NCBI RefSeq assembly: GCF_009914755.1
Contig: NC_060933.1
Source of the DNA: the human T2T-CHM13v2.0 reference genome, Homo sapiens
Length of the DNA: 64,000 bases
Strand: one strand, 5' to 3'
A program made the position numbers and the translations under genes. Positions within the stretch are counted from its first letter, which is position 1. Every line of letters begins with the position of its first letter. Of this stretch, positions 1 to 13,669 are shown piece by piece. A model generated the notes under the pieces. It saw only the letters and a program-made list of their open reading frames with translations, searched no databases and had not been told where the DNA came from.

Positions 1-307
1 TACTTATTTAACACCTAACACGTACCAGTATCTTTTCTATGTACTGGACTACAGTTGCGAAAAATAAATAAACAAACAATTATGTGAAAGAGTTTGAAAG
101 TTTTGTATAAAACTTACTCAAATAGCAATTGTAAAATAATTATAGAAAATAACAATGCACTTTGGAGAATATTAAAAAAAAAAGAATAGAATAATAGGAA
201 CAATAATAAAATTAGTGTGATTAAATATTACATCTCCTTGTCAATAACAAAGCCAGAAACAGGTCTAATTTGAAACAAAAAGATTATGAAGAGTCTATAA
301 AGACTAG

Positions 308-385
308 CGTATTAGTCCATTCTCATGTTATTAATAAAGACATACCCGAGACCGGGTAATTTGTAAAGGAAAAGAGGTTTAATGG
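308..385 (-). mobile_element. Extra 78-bp THE1C-like LTR terminal fragment
   Basis: cgtattagtccattctc...ggtaatttgtaaaggaaaagaggtttaatgg shares taataaa, ggtaat and aaaggaaaagaggtttaatgg with the start of the right LTR (2356 onward). Confidence 0.85.
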
Positions 386-761
386 TGTATTTGTCCATTT
401 CACGCTGCTGATAAAGACATACCTGAGACTGGGCAATTTACAAAAGAAAGATGTTTAATGGACTTATAGTTTTTCGTGGCTGGGGAGGCCTCATAAGCAT
501 GGTGGAAGGCAAGGAGAAACAAGTAACCTCTTAACTTGGATGGCAGCAGGCAGAGAAAGAGCTTGTGCAGGGAAACTCCTGTTTTTAAAACCATCAGGTC
601 TCATGAGGCACATTCACTATCACGAAAATAGCACAAGAAAGACCCACCCCCATAATTCAGTCACCTCCCATTGGGTTTCTCCCATGACTCAAAACACATG
701 GGAATTGTGAAAGTTACAATTCAAGATGAGATTTGAGTGGGTACACAGCCAAACCATATCA
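386..761 (-). mobile_element. THE1B-like LTR (3' LTR position)
   Basis: ctgataaagac, gggcaatttacaaaagaaag, gatggcagcaggca and gggaaactcctgtttttaaaacc resemble THE1B (possibly THE1A). Confidence 0.8.
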
Positions 762-1676
762 TTCCACCCCGGCCCCTCCCAAATATCATGTCCTCACATT
801 TCAAAATCAATTGTGGCTTCGCAACAGTCTCCCAAAGTCTTAATTCATTTTAGCATTAACTCAAAAGTCCACAGTCCAACATCTTATCTGAGACAAGGCT
901 AGTCCCTTCCGCCTATGAGCATGTAAAATCAAAAGCAAGTTAGTTACTTCCTAGACACAATGGCGGTACAGGCATTGGGTATATACAGCCATTCCAAATG
1001 GTAGAAATTGGCCAAAACAAAGGGGCAAAAAGCTCCATGCAAGTCGAAAATACAGCAAGGCAGTCAAATCTTAAAACTCCAAAATGATCTCCTTTGACTC
1101 CATGCCTTGCATCTTGGTCACACTGATGCAGGAGTTGGGTTCCCATGGTCTTGAGCAGCTCTGGCCCTGTGGCTTTGCTGGTTACTGCCTCCCTCCTGGC
1201 TACTTTCATGGGATGCTGTTGGGTGTCTGCAGCTTTTCCAGGCACATGGTGCAAGCTACGGTGGATCTACCATTCTGGGGTCTGGAGGATGGTGGCCCTT
1301 TTCTCGCAGCTCCACTAGGCAGTGCCCAGTATGGATTTTGTGTGGGGGCTCTGACTTCACATTTCCCTTCCTAACTGCCCTAGTAGAGGTTCTCCATGAG
1401 GGCTCCACCCCTGCAGCAAACTTCCTCCTGAGAATCCAGGTGTTTCCATACATCCTCTGAAATCTAGGTGGAGCTTCCCACACTTCCATTCTTGACTTCT
1501 GTGCACCCGCAGGCTCAGCATCATATGGAAGCTGCCAAGGTTTGGGGCTTGTATCGTCTGAAGCAACGTCCTGAGCTGTACCCAAAGCTGGAGTGGCTGG
1601 GACACAGGGCACCAAGTCCCTAGGCTGCACACAACAGCAGGGCCCTGGACCCAGTCCATGAAACTACTTTTTCCTT

Positions 1677-2204
1677 CTAGGCCTCCTGGCTTGTAACGGA
1701 AGGGGCTGCCATGGAGACATTTTCCTCATTTTCTTGGTGATTAACATTTGACTCCTTGTTACTTATGCAAATTTCCGCAGCCCGCTTGAATTTCTCCTCA
1801 GAAAATGGTTTTTCTTTTTTATTGCATCGTTCAGGTTGCACATTTTCTGAACTTTTATGCTCTGCTCCCCTTTTAAACATAAGTTTCAATTCCAAACCAT
1901 ATCTTTGTGAATGAATAAAACTGAATGCTTTTAAGAGCATGTAGGTCACCTCTTGAATGCTTTGCTGCTGAGAAATTTCTTCCACCAGATATCCTAAATA
2001 ATCTCTCTCAAGTTCAAAGTTCCATAGATCTCTTGTGCCAGGGCAAAATGCTGCCAGTCTCTTTGCTAAAGTATAGCAAGAATCACCTTTGATCCAGTTC
2101 CCTATAAGTTTCTCATCACCATCTGAGACCACCTCAGCCTGGACTTTATTGTCAGCATTTTGGTAACTATCACTATCAGCATTTTGGTCAAAACCATTCA
2201 ACAA
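1677..2204 (-). pseudogene. Remnant of the MaLR internal (gag-like) ORF
   Basis: Translation LNGFDQNADSD..VQAEVVSDGDE..GDSCY.LAKRLAAFCP..RDLWNFELERD matches the typical THE1-int ORF. The ORF is broken across frames. Confidence 0.8.
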
Positions 2205-2355
2205 GTCTCTAGGAAGTTACAAACTTTTCCACATATTCCTGTCTTCCTCAGCACTCTCCAAACAGTTCCAACCTCTGCCTCTTACTCAGTTCCAAAGTTG
2301 CTTCCACATTTTCAGGTATCCTTACAGTAGCACCCCACTCCTGGTACCAATTTAC

Positions 2356-2717
2356 TATATTAGTTTGTTCTCACGCTGCTAATAAACACGTACCTGCGAC
2401 TTGGTAATCTATAAAGGAAAAGAGGTTTAATGGACCCACAGTTCCACATGGCTGGGGAGGTCTCACAATCATGGGTGACGGTGGAGGAGCAAAGGCATGT
2501 CTTATGTGGTGGCAGGCAAGAGATTGTCTGCAGGGGAACTGCCCTTTATAAAACCATCAGATGTCATGAGATTTATTCACTATCATGAGAAAAGCACAGG
2601 AAAGACCCATCCCCATGATTCATGTATCTCCTACTGGGTCCCTCCCATGACATGTGAGGATTGTGGGAGCTAAAATTCAAGATGAGATTTGGGCGGGGAC
2701 ACAGCCAAACCATATCA
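2356..2717 (-). mobile_element. THE1C-like LTR (5' LTR position)
   Basis: ggagcaaaggcatgtctt and caggggaactgccctttataaaaccatcag resemble THE1C. Confidence 0.8.
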
Positions 2718-3777
2718 TCTAGCTTCTGGGACTATTTTAGTTGGACTAAATGAATGGGCTAAATATAGTCCATTCAGGACTAAAATTGTGAGAATAATGG
2801 CATAGTCAGTGACAACAATATTATATCTCAGATATCTCACTCATACTTGGTAAACAGACACTATAATGTTTAAAAGACCCATAATTAGTAATTGCTGCAG
2901 CTGTCTAAGGTAAATGTCTCAAACCCCATACTAGAGAGGGCAGTTCCTGAAGTACCTAAAGGGTCTTGATATACTAGAACTGCATCTCTAAGAACACACC
3001 CATTGCAGATATTAAATAGTATTACATGGATGAAATACAGCTTTCTGAATTTTATAAAAGCTTATGAATGGGCTGAAATAAATAATTCCTAATTCCACAA
3101 AATAGCATATGTAAAGCACTTTTCTGAGTGCCTGAACATGGAAGGTTATTTCAATCACTGGATAAATAATTTCCAGGTTACAGGTCCTGCCTGCAGTCAG
3201 TATTGAGGATGCAAAGATAAATGTCAGGTACAGCAAGGAAGGAATGAATACGTAGAGAAGTAACAAGACTAACATCTATGTGTGCCTAGGACAAATTATT
3301 TAGAACTGAAAGGCAGAGAAATGTAAAGGAGATTTTCATATCCCCTAAGGTTTCAAGTTTCTGTGCTTAAGGATATAGCGAGAGAGCACTACCCCACAGA
3401 AATCAAGAAACGATAACAAAAACAATACATAGTACCATCTCTGCAGATTACTAGGAAGAGACTTCCCAATTTATTCAATTTGTACAATTCCTTTACCCAC
3501 AGACCTTGTTTTCCTAAAACAGAAGCACATTACAAACTAATCATTTAAATAAGTCACTCTGATGTCTTGCTGACACAGGAGAGGATTTGTATACATTTTC
3601 AAACTGTTCTTTTTTGTTTCTGATAGGGATAACATAATGTGCCAGCACTGTGTCCTGACAAAGAAATCTAAATCCATTCACAGGCATAAAAAATTTGAAT
3701 GCCAGATCCAGAAGAGGCGCGACAGTGTTTGGTAAATCTGTGAATAGACAAAGATTTAGATTATACAATCCACTATT

Positions 3778-3915
3778 CAGAACTAGCTACATAAGTTGTG
3801 GGGAACAGCACAAAATGAAAATGTGGACACCTTTGTTCAAAAATGGTTAAGAATTTCAAGATGTCAATAGGAGAGCATTAAACCAAGTGCAGAGTCCTAA
3901 GCATGGAGCCATAAG
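3778..3915 (-). mobile_element. MER91A-like hAT-Tip100 MITE
   Basis: gctacataag..aaaatgaaaatgtgg..ttgttcaaaaa..taagaatttcaagatg..agagcattaaaccaag matches the reverse of MER91A. Confidence 0.7.
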
Positions 3916-3984
3916 CTTGGGAAGCTGCACTGCCACTCTCCTTCCCATCCATTAGTGGAAAAACCAAGTCTATTTTGTCTAAAC

Positions 3985-4040
3985 ACACGGGGACTGACAC
4001 AGAATAGGTGCTCAACAAATATATGCTAAATAAATAAATA
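3985..4040 (+). mobile_element. L2/MIR-type 3' tail fragment
   Basis: gacacagaataggtgctcaacaaatatatgctaaataaataaat. Confidence 0.6.
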
Positions 4041-5494
4041 TGCTGACTATAATTTATACTTTACCTATCACATCCAACTTACTAATGAAGTGGGGAGGGA
4101 TGTTTACATGGTATCATCTGAATAATCAAGCCTGAATTTCCCATTATTCTTTATACTGGGGGCTTTCAAATTATCCTAGTACCAGTGTATTCTGATCTTA
4201 CTTTTCTCTCCTTTTCGATCAGTATTTTGTAGCCAATTCAGAATATACCACACAATTATATGTGTATATATATTATACTTGATACATAGTCCATATGTTT
4301 TTATAAAACAGATGAACTACAAAAAAATAGAAACACTAACAACTTTAGAATTAGGACAACATAGAAGAAAATATGAGATAAGACCAGAGAAAAGGGTAAT
4401 ATGCAGGAATGCAGTCTGTAAGATCCAATATAGTAAATAAACTAATACATATAATTGGCTCTGAGAGTCCCACAAAGCAAAACAAAGAAAGCTATTATTA
4501 GCTAAAAACTTGTTATTGTTTATAGAAATAAAGTTGTAGTAAATGTATTAAATAAACAGAACTTGCACGTTTACTTATAAGCAATATGTTGTTTCGTTTT
4601 GTTTTTTTTTTCTGTGAGGAAAATCATTTCCCTTCCCCTGAATGGAAATTAGGACATGTCTCATTAATTTTGAAACACTACTAGGTGATAAAAGGTCCTC
4701 CAGTCAGTAATTTAAGTGTCTAATCTCATAATTTAAATGCCTAAAGGAGTTAATATGTTAAACTTTCTTAAACTTATACCTATGCCCCTCACCAGTCTGC
4801 ACAAACCATAGGCTAACCCCTTGCAGTGAGAAAGAGGTCACAGTTGCCTTCTGCTCTCTTTCTTCACCTGAATGCTGTTTTTTTCTCTTCTCAATCATGC
4901 TAGTAATGGTCACTGATTCTTCCAGACTGTGTTACCCTTAGACTCAGGTATGAGAGCTCTTACCCTTGACCCCATGCTTTGGAGAGGCTTCTGTTGGCTG
5001 TCTTCTTGTCCTGCTCTGTCATATGGGACAGAGAAATCATGCAGATCAAGGAAAAATACACCTTTTCAGAACTGTCTTCTAACCCCACTATAATTGGAAT
5101 ACCTAGGACCCTGGCATTCTTTGCCAAAGTGACGCCAGCCCTGATTCCATGTTCTATACAGTGCTCCTCTCTGGGGTTTGCCCTCCCAAGGATAGGGCTG
5201 CTCCGTTGGTGTGAATACCTTTGGCTTGATGGGTGGCCAAGGGCCAGCTGTTCCTGGCACTATGTATGAAACTTGGACATCACGTGGTGCCGAAGGAAAC
5301 TGGAGTAAGAAAAGAAGGCAGACAGACTACAAGCTCTTCCAAGGGTCAGGAGGCCAACAGTGAGCTCTCTATATGCTGTTAATTTCCAGCATTGGACTAA
5401 AAAGGATCTAAAAATTTTAAATTCAACTCTAGCCTTGCAGATATTTAGGAAGGCATATTTGTCATGTAAGAGAATAGAACATTGTTTTTTTTAA

Positions 5495-5514
5495 AGAGAG
5501 AGAGAGTGTGTGCG

Positions 5515-5544
<30 letters not shown>
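5495..5544. repeat. (GA)n(GT)n microsatellite
   Basis: Directly visible. Confidence 0.95.
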
Positions 5545-5546
<2 letters not shown>

Positions 5547-6629
5547 AATTCATAGCTAAATCTTTAGACATAGGATGTTGCTTGGGTCCCCCAAACAGTA
5601 GGAGTGAGTCTGGCTCCAAAGTCAGTTGAAATAGGTGTACCAGAGAAAAGGAAAAACAACAAAGAGTTTCTTACATGACTAAAACTGTAATTTTATATTA
5701 AGTTCTGTGCTTCTTTCTCATGGGTGTTTCAAAATGACAGATTTTCTTGTGGGACAATTTGTGAGTTCTCAGAACCTTTGCATTACTGGGTAAAGGACAG
5801 ATATGTGATGGACAGTATATGTATATTTCCATTCAAGAAAAAGTTGTGTTACTTTGCCCCTCTAGGTGTTCTTGGTCAATCTCTAATACAGCTCCATACT
5901 AGCTCTCTAAGTGGTCTACATCTGGTCCATAGTAAACTTTCATATATATTTTGCTCTGACAACGTCTAGATTAACATGGCCATCTCTCTGCTGTTTCATG
6001 ACAGAAGAATTAGCCTTTCAGTCTCTTGTCCTTGAGATTTCCTTGGCTAGGTAAAACTCCAATAGACTTTTGCTTCCACATTTCCAGAGAAACGTTTATT
6101 TCTCCCAGAGGTCTCCTTCAAGTTTTCCTTTTTTGAATCGAGATGAAGGGAAAAGCTCACTAATGGAATAGGGTTTCTTACAACCAACTCTCTCAAAAGA
6201 ATTATCCTTTAACATCTAACTTCCCAACCTGTTCACATCCTCAATGTGATGAGGGAGTTAAGAGTTGTGAAACAGGCTTTTCAAAAATTTATTTTGTAAG
6301 TCATCCCTTGTGATTTTGAACTTCAATTTAATAGGGGATATATATTGTATTGGGACTTCACTTGAAATTGGGAATGAAATAATTGCATTTAAGCTTTTTT
6401 TCTTTTAAAAATGCATAAGCCTTATTTTTCAGGAGAAACAAACTGTTTTTTTCTGGCCCTAATGTCTAAAAATAGAACATAGTTCTTCATATAAGGAACT
6501 GTACAATCAATAAAAACGACAGTGATATTAATAATAGCAGCTAACATTTAACCAAATACATCTTGCAAAAGTACAAATCAGAAGAAATATTTAGAAGTCC
6601 AAATGTATACCCTGTTGTGTAAAAAAGGG

Positions 6630-6795
6630 GATTATTTCATGAAAGGTGGTGGTACGGGAAGTCAGTAAAGCCCTGGAAGTTCTTCACAAATTTTGTGTAT
6701 AAATGTTTATGTGTATTTTCTGAGGAAAGGGCCTTTTGCTTTGGATAAAATGGATAAAATCCCCGAATAGAAAGATGTCAGGATCAGCATTGCTT
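6630..6795. mobile_element. Degenerate hAT-Charlie MITE-like fragment
   Basis: caaattttgtgtataaatgtttatgtgtattttctgaggaaagggcc resembles the Charlie4z/MER103-type core. Confidence 0.35.
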
Positions 6796-8849
6796 TTATA
6801 AATTATGGAGCCTCACCATAATTCTTAGCAGATGAAACAGTCATCAATAAAAATAGTCAAAAGATCAATAGACGTCAGAAGTGAATGGAGCTAAATTTCT
6901 GCCTTTTTTTGTAAAGTGAGTTTGCACTTTTGACTTACTTGTGAAAGTTATTACAACTTTGAATGCTCAGTTGCTAAGCAGAAACCCTAAATCAATATTT
7001 ACCATGCCCTAGGAATCACTTCTTTCTCTCTCTCTCAGATATTCTAGTTGACTTTGATAAATAAGTAGGTTTAAGAACTACTCTTTTCGAGTCCTGTTTC
7101 TCAATTGTATAGAGTAGGTAAAAGAAAAAGCAACAGAATTATTGAAACACCAAGAGAGCTTTATGAAACTATACAGATCAATCCCTTTCCTCTACCAACA
7201 GATAAAAAAGGCACTCCAAGAAGATCAGTTAAGGGCCAATAATAAGAATTCAAATCAGAGTGTATAGGGACATACTGCACTGAGAATGGGAAAGAAAGGA
7301 TGTGTATTCAAGATTTTATTTACAGTGTTATTAATCTTAGAAATTAAAATTTCATGATCTGTAACATCGCACTATATAACCCTAATACCAGAGATAATAC
7401 ATTCAAATTAGATAGAATATTTGAAAATAAACATGGACCTCAAAATCTCTTATGTCTGTGAATTTAAAGGGACGTTTTCAAAAGACATTAAAAAATCAGT
7501 GAAATCCTGCACTTTTCCATTTTGAAATGCCCACTTAAAGATATGTATAACATGATAATGTTTACTCTCATACATTAACTAAACAAATTTGTTATTTTGT
7601 ACATTCATGAGGTATTTCAGAATTTCTGAACATTTTATATACTTTAAAACAATTATTCTTTTTATGCATTCAGATACTCCCATAAAGACATCAAATAGTT
7701 TTCCCACTAATGATTATCAATATTTCTACTTAGAGATAATAAGTGTAGTATAATTAACTTGAGTGTATTTAAAGTCTAAAATAGTACACTCAGAATAATA
7801 TTGAAAATTCTCCTCCCTTGACTAAAATAACATTTTTATTCATCCCTCTTATCTTATTTCAAATTGAAGCCTTTTTCTGTTACAATAGTATTAATTCTAT
7901 CAGTCACTAGAAGTCTACTCATGGTCTGCAAAGTGTAAAAAACTGTCTTTGTAAAAGATACCTCAGGATTTTACTCCTTATGTCATGGACATCTATGTGA
8001 TATTTCAAATCAAGCGGTTCACAACTACCCATAAAAATCTGATTCATACAGAGATATCGTCATAAACAAGTATATGTAAGCCTGGCATTTGCCTTCTTGT
8101 TGTTTTATCACACTGAAAACTACTTAAAATGGATGATTGGAGGAATTGCATAAATTCTCCTTAGAAGAGCGATTCAATTGCCATAAAAAATAGAGGGCTA
8201 GCCAGATGAAAATGCATTTTAATAGGAGAAAAGTTCTAATAGTTCATTAGATGAATATTAAGCGCATAAAAATATGTCATTATGATATAAATTCTGAACT
8301 CCCACCAAAATTTTTCATTCTTCTATAGTCAGTCATGCTCATTCTCTTTGGACCCAGTGTTTCCTTACTAGGGATGGAAATTAGGGGTGGAGTGATGGAG
8401 TGGGAGGGGGTGAATTGTATGATCTAAGGTGTTATCCTCTCCTCTGATTCCTACACCTCATGCATATTTGGAAGCCGCAGAAACATTGTTGTGGCCCCTG
8501 AGTTGTTCTACTTGCCCTATGAAAGTGGTAGGCTTCACACAGACAACAATTTGCTTGAATGCTGAATTCCCTAGATGATAAAGCCAAAATCACAGAATGG
8601 GGATAGAATGAACCAAAAACACTTGGTTCTCTCTAGTTAAATATTTCATGCCTGATCTGTTGTAGCTTATTCTATGGAAATTAAAAAAAATATTTATTTC
8701 TATGTTGAGCTTCTTTTATTTCTGGAGAAAGCATTTCAGGTACTTGTTCCTCGACTTGTGGTATTTGAAATATGAATTCTGAATTCGTGGCTTATCAATA
8801 AAAACACATTGACTTTCACGGAGGTTGACTGGTGTATTCTAGTACAGGA

Positions 8850-9900
8850 GTAGAAACATTTACTTACATTGTGTTCACAGCTGATAAACTGCAGTTGCTA
8901 ACAGTTTGTTAATTAAATCTTAGTTAAGCTTTGTCCTTCCTGCTTGAAAACAGGAACTCTTAACATCTGAGGCTGCAATTTGCATGCATCAGTCAACACA
9001 AATGCTGAACAAAGTGCTTGTTTAGGTAATAAGATAAGGAGGTGCCCTCTCCACATTTCAGCTCTGACCGCCTGAGAAGCAACATTTCCCAAGATTCCCA
9101 GCTGCTGCTTGTTCAGGCAGCTCTGTGGTTTGCGCTGCATATTAATTTCTGTCCGACACGGGAATTCAATTTGTACTGTACATTTCATTTCTTCACAGAT
9201 TTAGATTTATTTCATGTTCTCTGCTTTTAATTAACTCTCTGGCACAGCTGCTGGACAGGATAGAAAAACTCATTGCTCTCCCTGTGTTATGAGTACACCA
9301 CCAATCATTTGCCATTTAGATGGTGGTGCAGGAGCTATCAGTTTCTATGGCAACCAGAGCCGTGGTGATTGATTCCTTGCCAGTATGGCATCACCACAGG
9401 GAGTGCAGCTTGTGATTTTTGTATGCTCGCAACATCCATCTAATTAAAACAGGATTATGGAATCATCCCAGTATATGTTCAGCAACTACACTGCATTCCA
9501 TTTATGTAAATGTCAACACTATTAAATACAGTGGTCAGAAGCTGTTTATAAAGAAATACTTGCCTTAGTCTTTGGTTGTGCATTGGGAAGTGAGGGCTTA
9601 ACCACCTGGTTTTGGCCATTTATTCTCTTAAATGGTAGCCTTTAACCAGGCACAGTCATTTTGCATTTGAAAATCTTATGAAGCAAAGCCAAACAGTTAC
9701 ATTTCAACTGATGCAATGCTTGCTAGCTCTAGCATGCAATACTAAGCCTGACTTGGAAATTGGCTAATTAATTTAGTGTGTATGCTAATTATTTATTCAT
9801 CAAAAGCTCTTAATTCACGTGATTGATTTCTCTTTCATTGGCCTCCCTTGAGAGCAGAACATCCTTCTGCTCTCATGATTTTCTTCTCACAGAGCATTCC
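8850..9900. promoter_or_regulatory. Candidate enhancer / conserved non-coding element
   Basis: No recognisable repeat. Contains an octamer ATTTGCAT (8978-8985), RFX X-box GTTTCTATGGCAAC (9341-9354), PBX-HOX TGATTGAT twice (9366-9373, 9820-9827), E-box CACGTG (9816-9821) and several TAATTA sites. Confidence 0.45.
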
Positions 9901-9942
9901 TCAATTCCTTTAACAGTTGCTTGGGATTTGGGGAAAGCTTAC

Positions 9943-10064
9943 CTACCAGGTGAGATAAAAGATGCACTTTTCACCGTTGTGCATGGAGACTCCAGATGAA
10001 AAAGGCAGCTCAGGGACTTCATGAAGGGCTAAATGAGTAGGCAAGCCCATCAGAGAATTGTGAG
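9943..10064 (-). other. Candidate 122-nt internal exon (probably non-coding transcript)
   Basis: On the minus strand: GCTAAC branch-like site (10109-10114), pyrimidine tract tccttcttttttattttgcatataCAG, and donor TAG|GTAAGC. Confidence 0.4.
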
Positions 10065-10793
10065 CTGTATATGCAAAATAAAAAAGAAGGACAGAGGGTG
10101 ACAGATCAGTTAGCAATGTTGTCTTATACATCAGATTTTTTGCTGGATGAGACTGACAAAATATTCTGTTAACATGAAAAATGACAGTCTGCACTCCTAA
10201 TGGCTTCATGTCCCTGTGCATTTCATTTTCTAATGTATTTCTGTTATAGAAGCTGCCACTGTGACATATATAAGTATGCACTGTATAGTATGTGTATTCG
10301 CTGTCAAAACTCTATTCATTTTACAGAATTTTTTTCCCTTGCCTTCACATATGTTATATGAAGAAATTGCACATTCAAATGATACTGTCAGAGATACTTC
10401 TGGTTAAATTTTAATTATTAGTACTATACTTCCCAAAAGTTTCATGACATTTCAAAGTTCTCATGAAATGACAGTAAAATTACTCCCAAAGCAGGAAATT
10501 CATAAAATGACAAAAATCTATAAAACATTTTGACTAGTGAAAGAAAAGGGATTCTAATATCGGCTAGGATGTGATGATTGGCTGAGACAAAACTGATGGA
10601 AAGAAGAGTGCTTCATTGAATGTAGCTTTTAAAATACATAGTTTTTCGGTTGTGGTATCACCAAGAGCATGTAACTAAATAGTGGGTGTAATTCGCGGTA
10701 TTTTCTTTGTCTGGGGCACACAGTTTATATTGCATGTATGTATCTACTCTAGACATTAGCGTGTCACACTTAGAGTTACAATATATGCCATTC

Positions 10794-11084
<291 letters not shown>

Positions 11085-11554
11085 TTATGCCATTCATTGC
11101 TAGTTCATTAAGCAGTGAAGGTGATGAGCATGCATTTTATCTACAATGGTAACATCATTCATCCCTCATGTCTACTGTCCTTTCAGATATTTATGCTACC
11201 ACCAGTACTCCCTCTGAGCCCCTCAAAAATCATTAGCTCACACAAATAAATCCAAAAATATTTTTGAATATTTCTTTTTTGAAAGGGACAAATTGTATAT
11301 TACACAACGCAAGATATTTTAGGATAATTTTGAGGGATTTTTCCAAGTAATGTGACCAAGAAATTAAACTCATTAGCTAATTATTTTTGCTTATTTAACC
11401 TAAAAAATCCATGCTTCCCTTAAATTTTCCTTTTTTGAAATGAAGTAGCACGTTCTGTACTACAAAAATAAAAAGAATATTTCAGAAATTTGTATTGCTT
11501 AATTTGTAAAGATGCTAGATATCTTCAGTGAATACTTGGCTGACAAAAATATAG

Positions 11555-11921
<367 letters not shown>

Positions 11922-13114
11922 CTACTATCTCTTCCTCTGTACATACCTCATGTCCTCAAAAATCATATTTTATTGCAATGTTAAAATTATCAATATCTGC
12001 ACTGCATGGAGGCAAAAAATGATGTTTTCCTGAGTACTTACAAAGCTTATCTACTGTATGGTTAGAATATGTTTTGTGATATTTTTAAAAACTATAGAAC
12101 ATGATAATGAAAATATATTTCAGGGCCTAGAATGGTCTTGAAAATATAAAATATTGACTTTCTGAAAAACATCACAAAGATTATTTAGATACCTGTTTAT
12201 TTTACGCATTTTTTATGATTCATGACATCTGTGATGACATCAAATAGTTTCTAAAAATGAAAATATGTACTACTTTCAAAGAAAAATCTTTTTTGGGAGT
12301 TTAATTTTTACGGTCCTTATCACAAAAGTGGAGTAATTAAAATATTGAGTCAAGGACTTGGTTATGCTGCATTCCAGATGGCTGGAGACATATTTGATAG
12401 TGCAGGTGTCATGTTAATATGACAGCAAATTAGTGGTGTATGTGTGTGTGTGTTTAGGTTGATGGAACCTAGGGAGTCATTACCTGACTATCCACATAGA
12501 AGGAACAGCTGGCCAAATAAAGATCTATACCTTAGAAGTGCACAGACTTTATTCAAGCTTTGATGGTCTGTAAATATAAGAGGTGTGTTCTTCCCTCTTT
12601 TCTTTCTAAGTGTAACAATTGATTAAAAATGAAAATGCATGCTTTTCAATTGAAATGAATGTTATCAACACAAATTTCACTCCAGATACAGTTCAATTGA
12701 ATCAAGCCAAAATAAATGTTGCCAAACTAAATTGTTTCATGTGTTTTCTGGTCTCCTTTCATATGTCTACAAATGGTGGCATTAAGCTGATGGACCATGG
12801 AAATATGAGTCTGAGAACAGCCAGTATCATCTCTTAGAAATCTGGAAAAAGTACAATAAGACATGCATAGATTAATGCTTGAGTTATAAGAGTTAAACAA
12901 GTAAATGATAAATAGGTAGATGTATAAATAATAGGTTAAAAGAGAGATTAGATAGATGATAGAAGACCATCGGTATATAATATAAAGTGTATTTTTATTA
13001 CGACACTACTAAAAATGTTTGACTACCACTAATATAAATGAACAGGAAAGCATGGGTTTATATGCTGGGTATACCATCCATGACTTGACCAAACACATAA
13101 TATCTATTGCTTAT

Positions 13115-13310
13115 CGACTACATTGTGTTAGGTGCTATAAAACAGTTACATTAAACTTTTTCATTTAAATATTGCAATATCCCTGTAACATAGGTAATTT
13201 GTCTTCATTTTACAGATGAGAAAACTCAGATTTAGGGAAGTAAAGCAACGTGTTTATGGTCACACCAATAGTCCATGGCAGAGTAGGATTCATACTCTGA
13301 AGCTCTAAGT
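13115..13310 (-). mobile_element. MIR SINE
   Basis: Core cattttacagatgagaaaactcagatttagggaagtaaag..ggtcacac..ggcagagtaggattc. Confidence 0.85.
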
Positions 13311-13669
13311 GAAAACTGTCGTTATTGTATTTCATTGCATATGAATATCTAGGATGTGCATAGACCTGGAAGCATTACAAGAGACCTGGAGTAGGCCAAG
13401 AGCCATCAACATGGTTCTAGAAAACCCTGTGACTATCTGAGAAAACATGTTTCTAGCATATTCCTCAGATATGTTAACTTGCGCTAAACCCTGCAGATGA
13501 CTCATTCTTTTCAGTACTGTCCCAGACTCCAGTATCATAGCCAGGATGGTTTGAGTTTTTGGGTAGAATTCAACCCGTCAGATAAAACAGATATGGATGA
13601 AACATGAAGACAGCAACTCCTCATAAAATAGTGTTATAAACAACACTTAATCATTTATATATCTACTTC

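Larger units (their letters stand above)
308..2717 (-). mobile_element. THE1 (ERVL-MaLR) provirus: LTR-internal-LTR
   Basis: LTRs end in the hallmark ...gccaaaccatatca (761, 2717). Internal region spans 762-2355. Flanks actag (303-307) and tctag (2718-2722) give a 4/5-matching 5-bp TSD. Confidence 0.95.

Noticed and set aside
400-1659. Overlapping ORFs of 64-124 aa
   Set aside because: All lie within THE1 LTR/internal sequence and are decayed retroelement frames.
640-2635. DUX4 sites typical of THE1 LTRs
   Set aside because: The expected TGATTCAATTA-like site is degenerate in both LTRs (taattcagtca; tgattcatgta).
4780-6100. Higher-GC stretch with short ORFs; possible exon or ancient LTR
   Set aside because: No recognisable protein, splice pair or confidently assignable repeat family.
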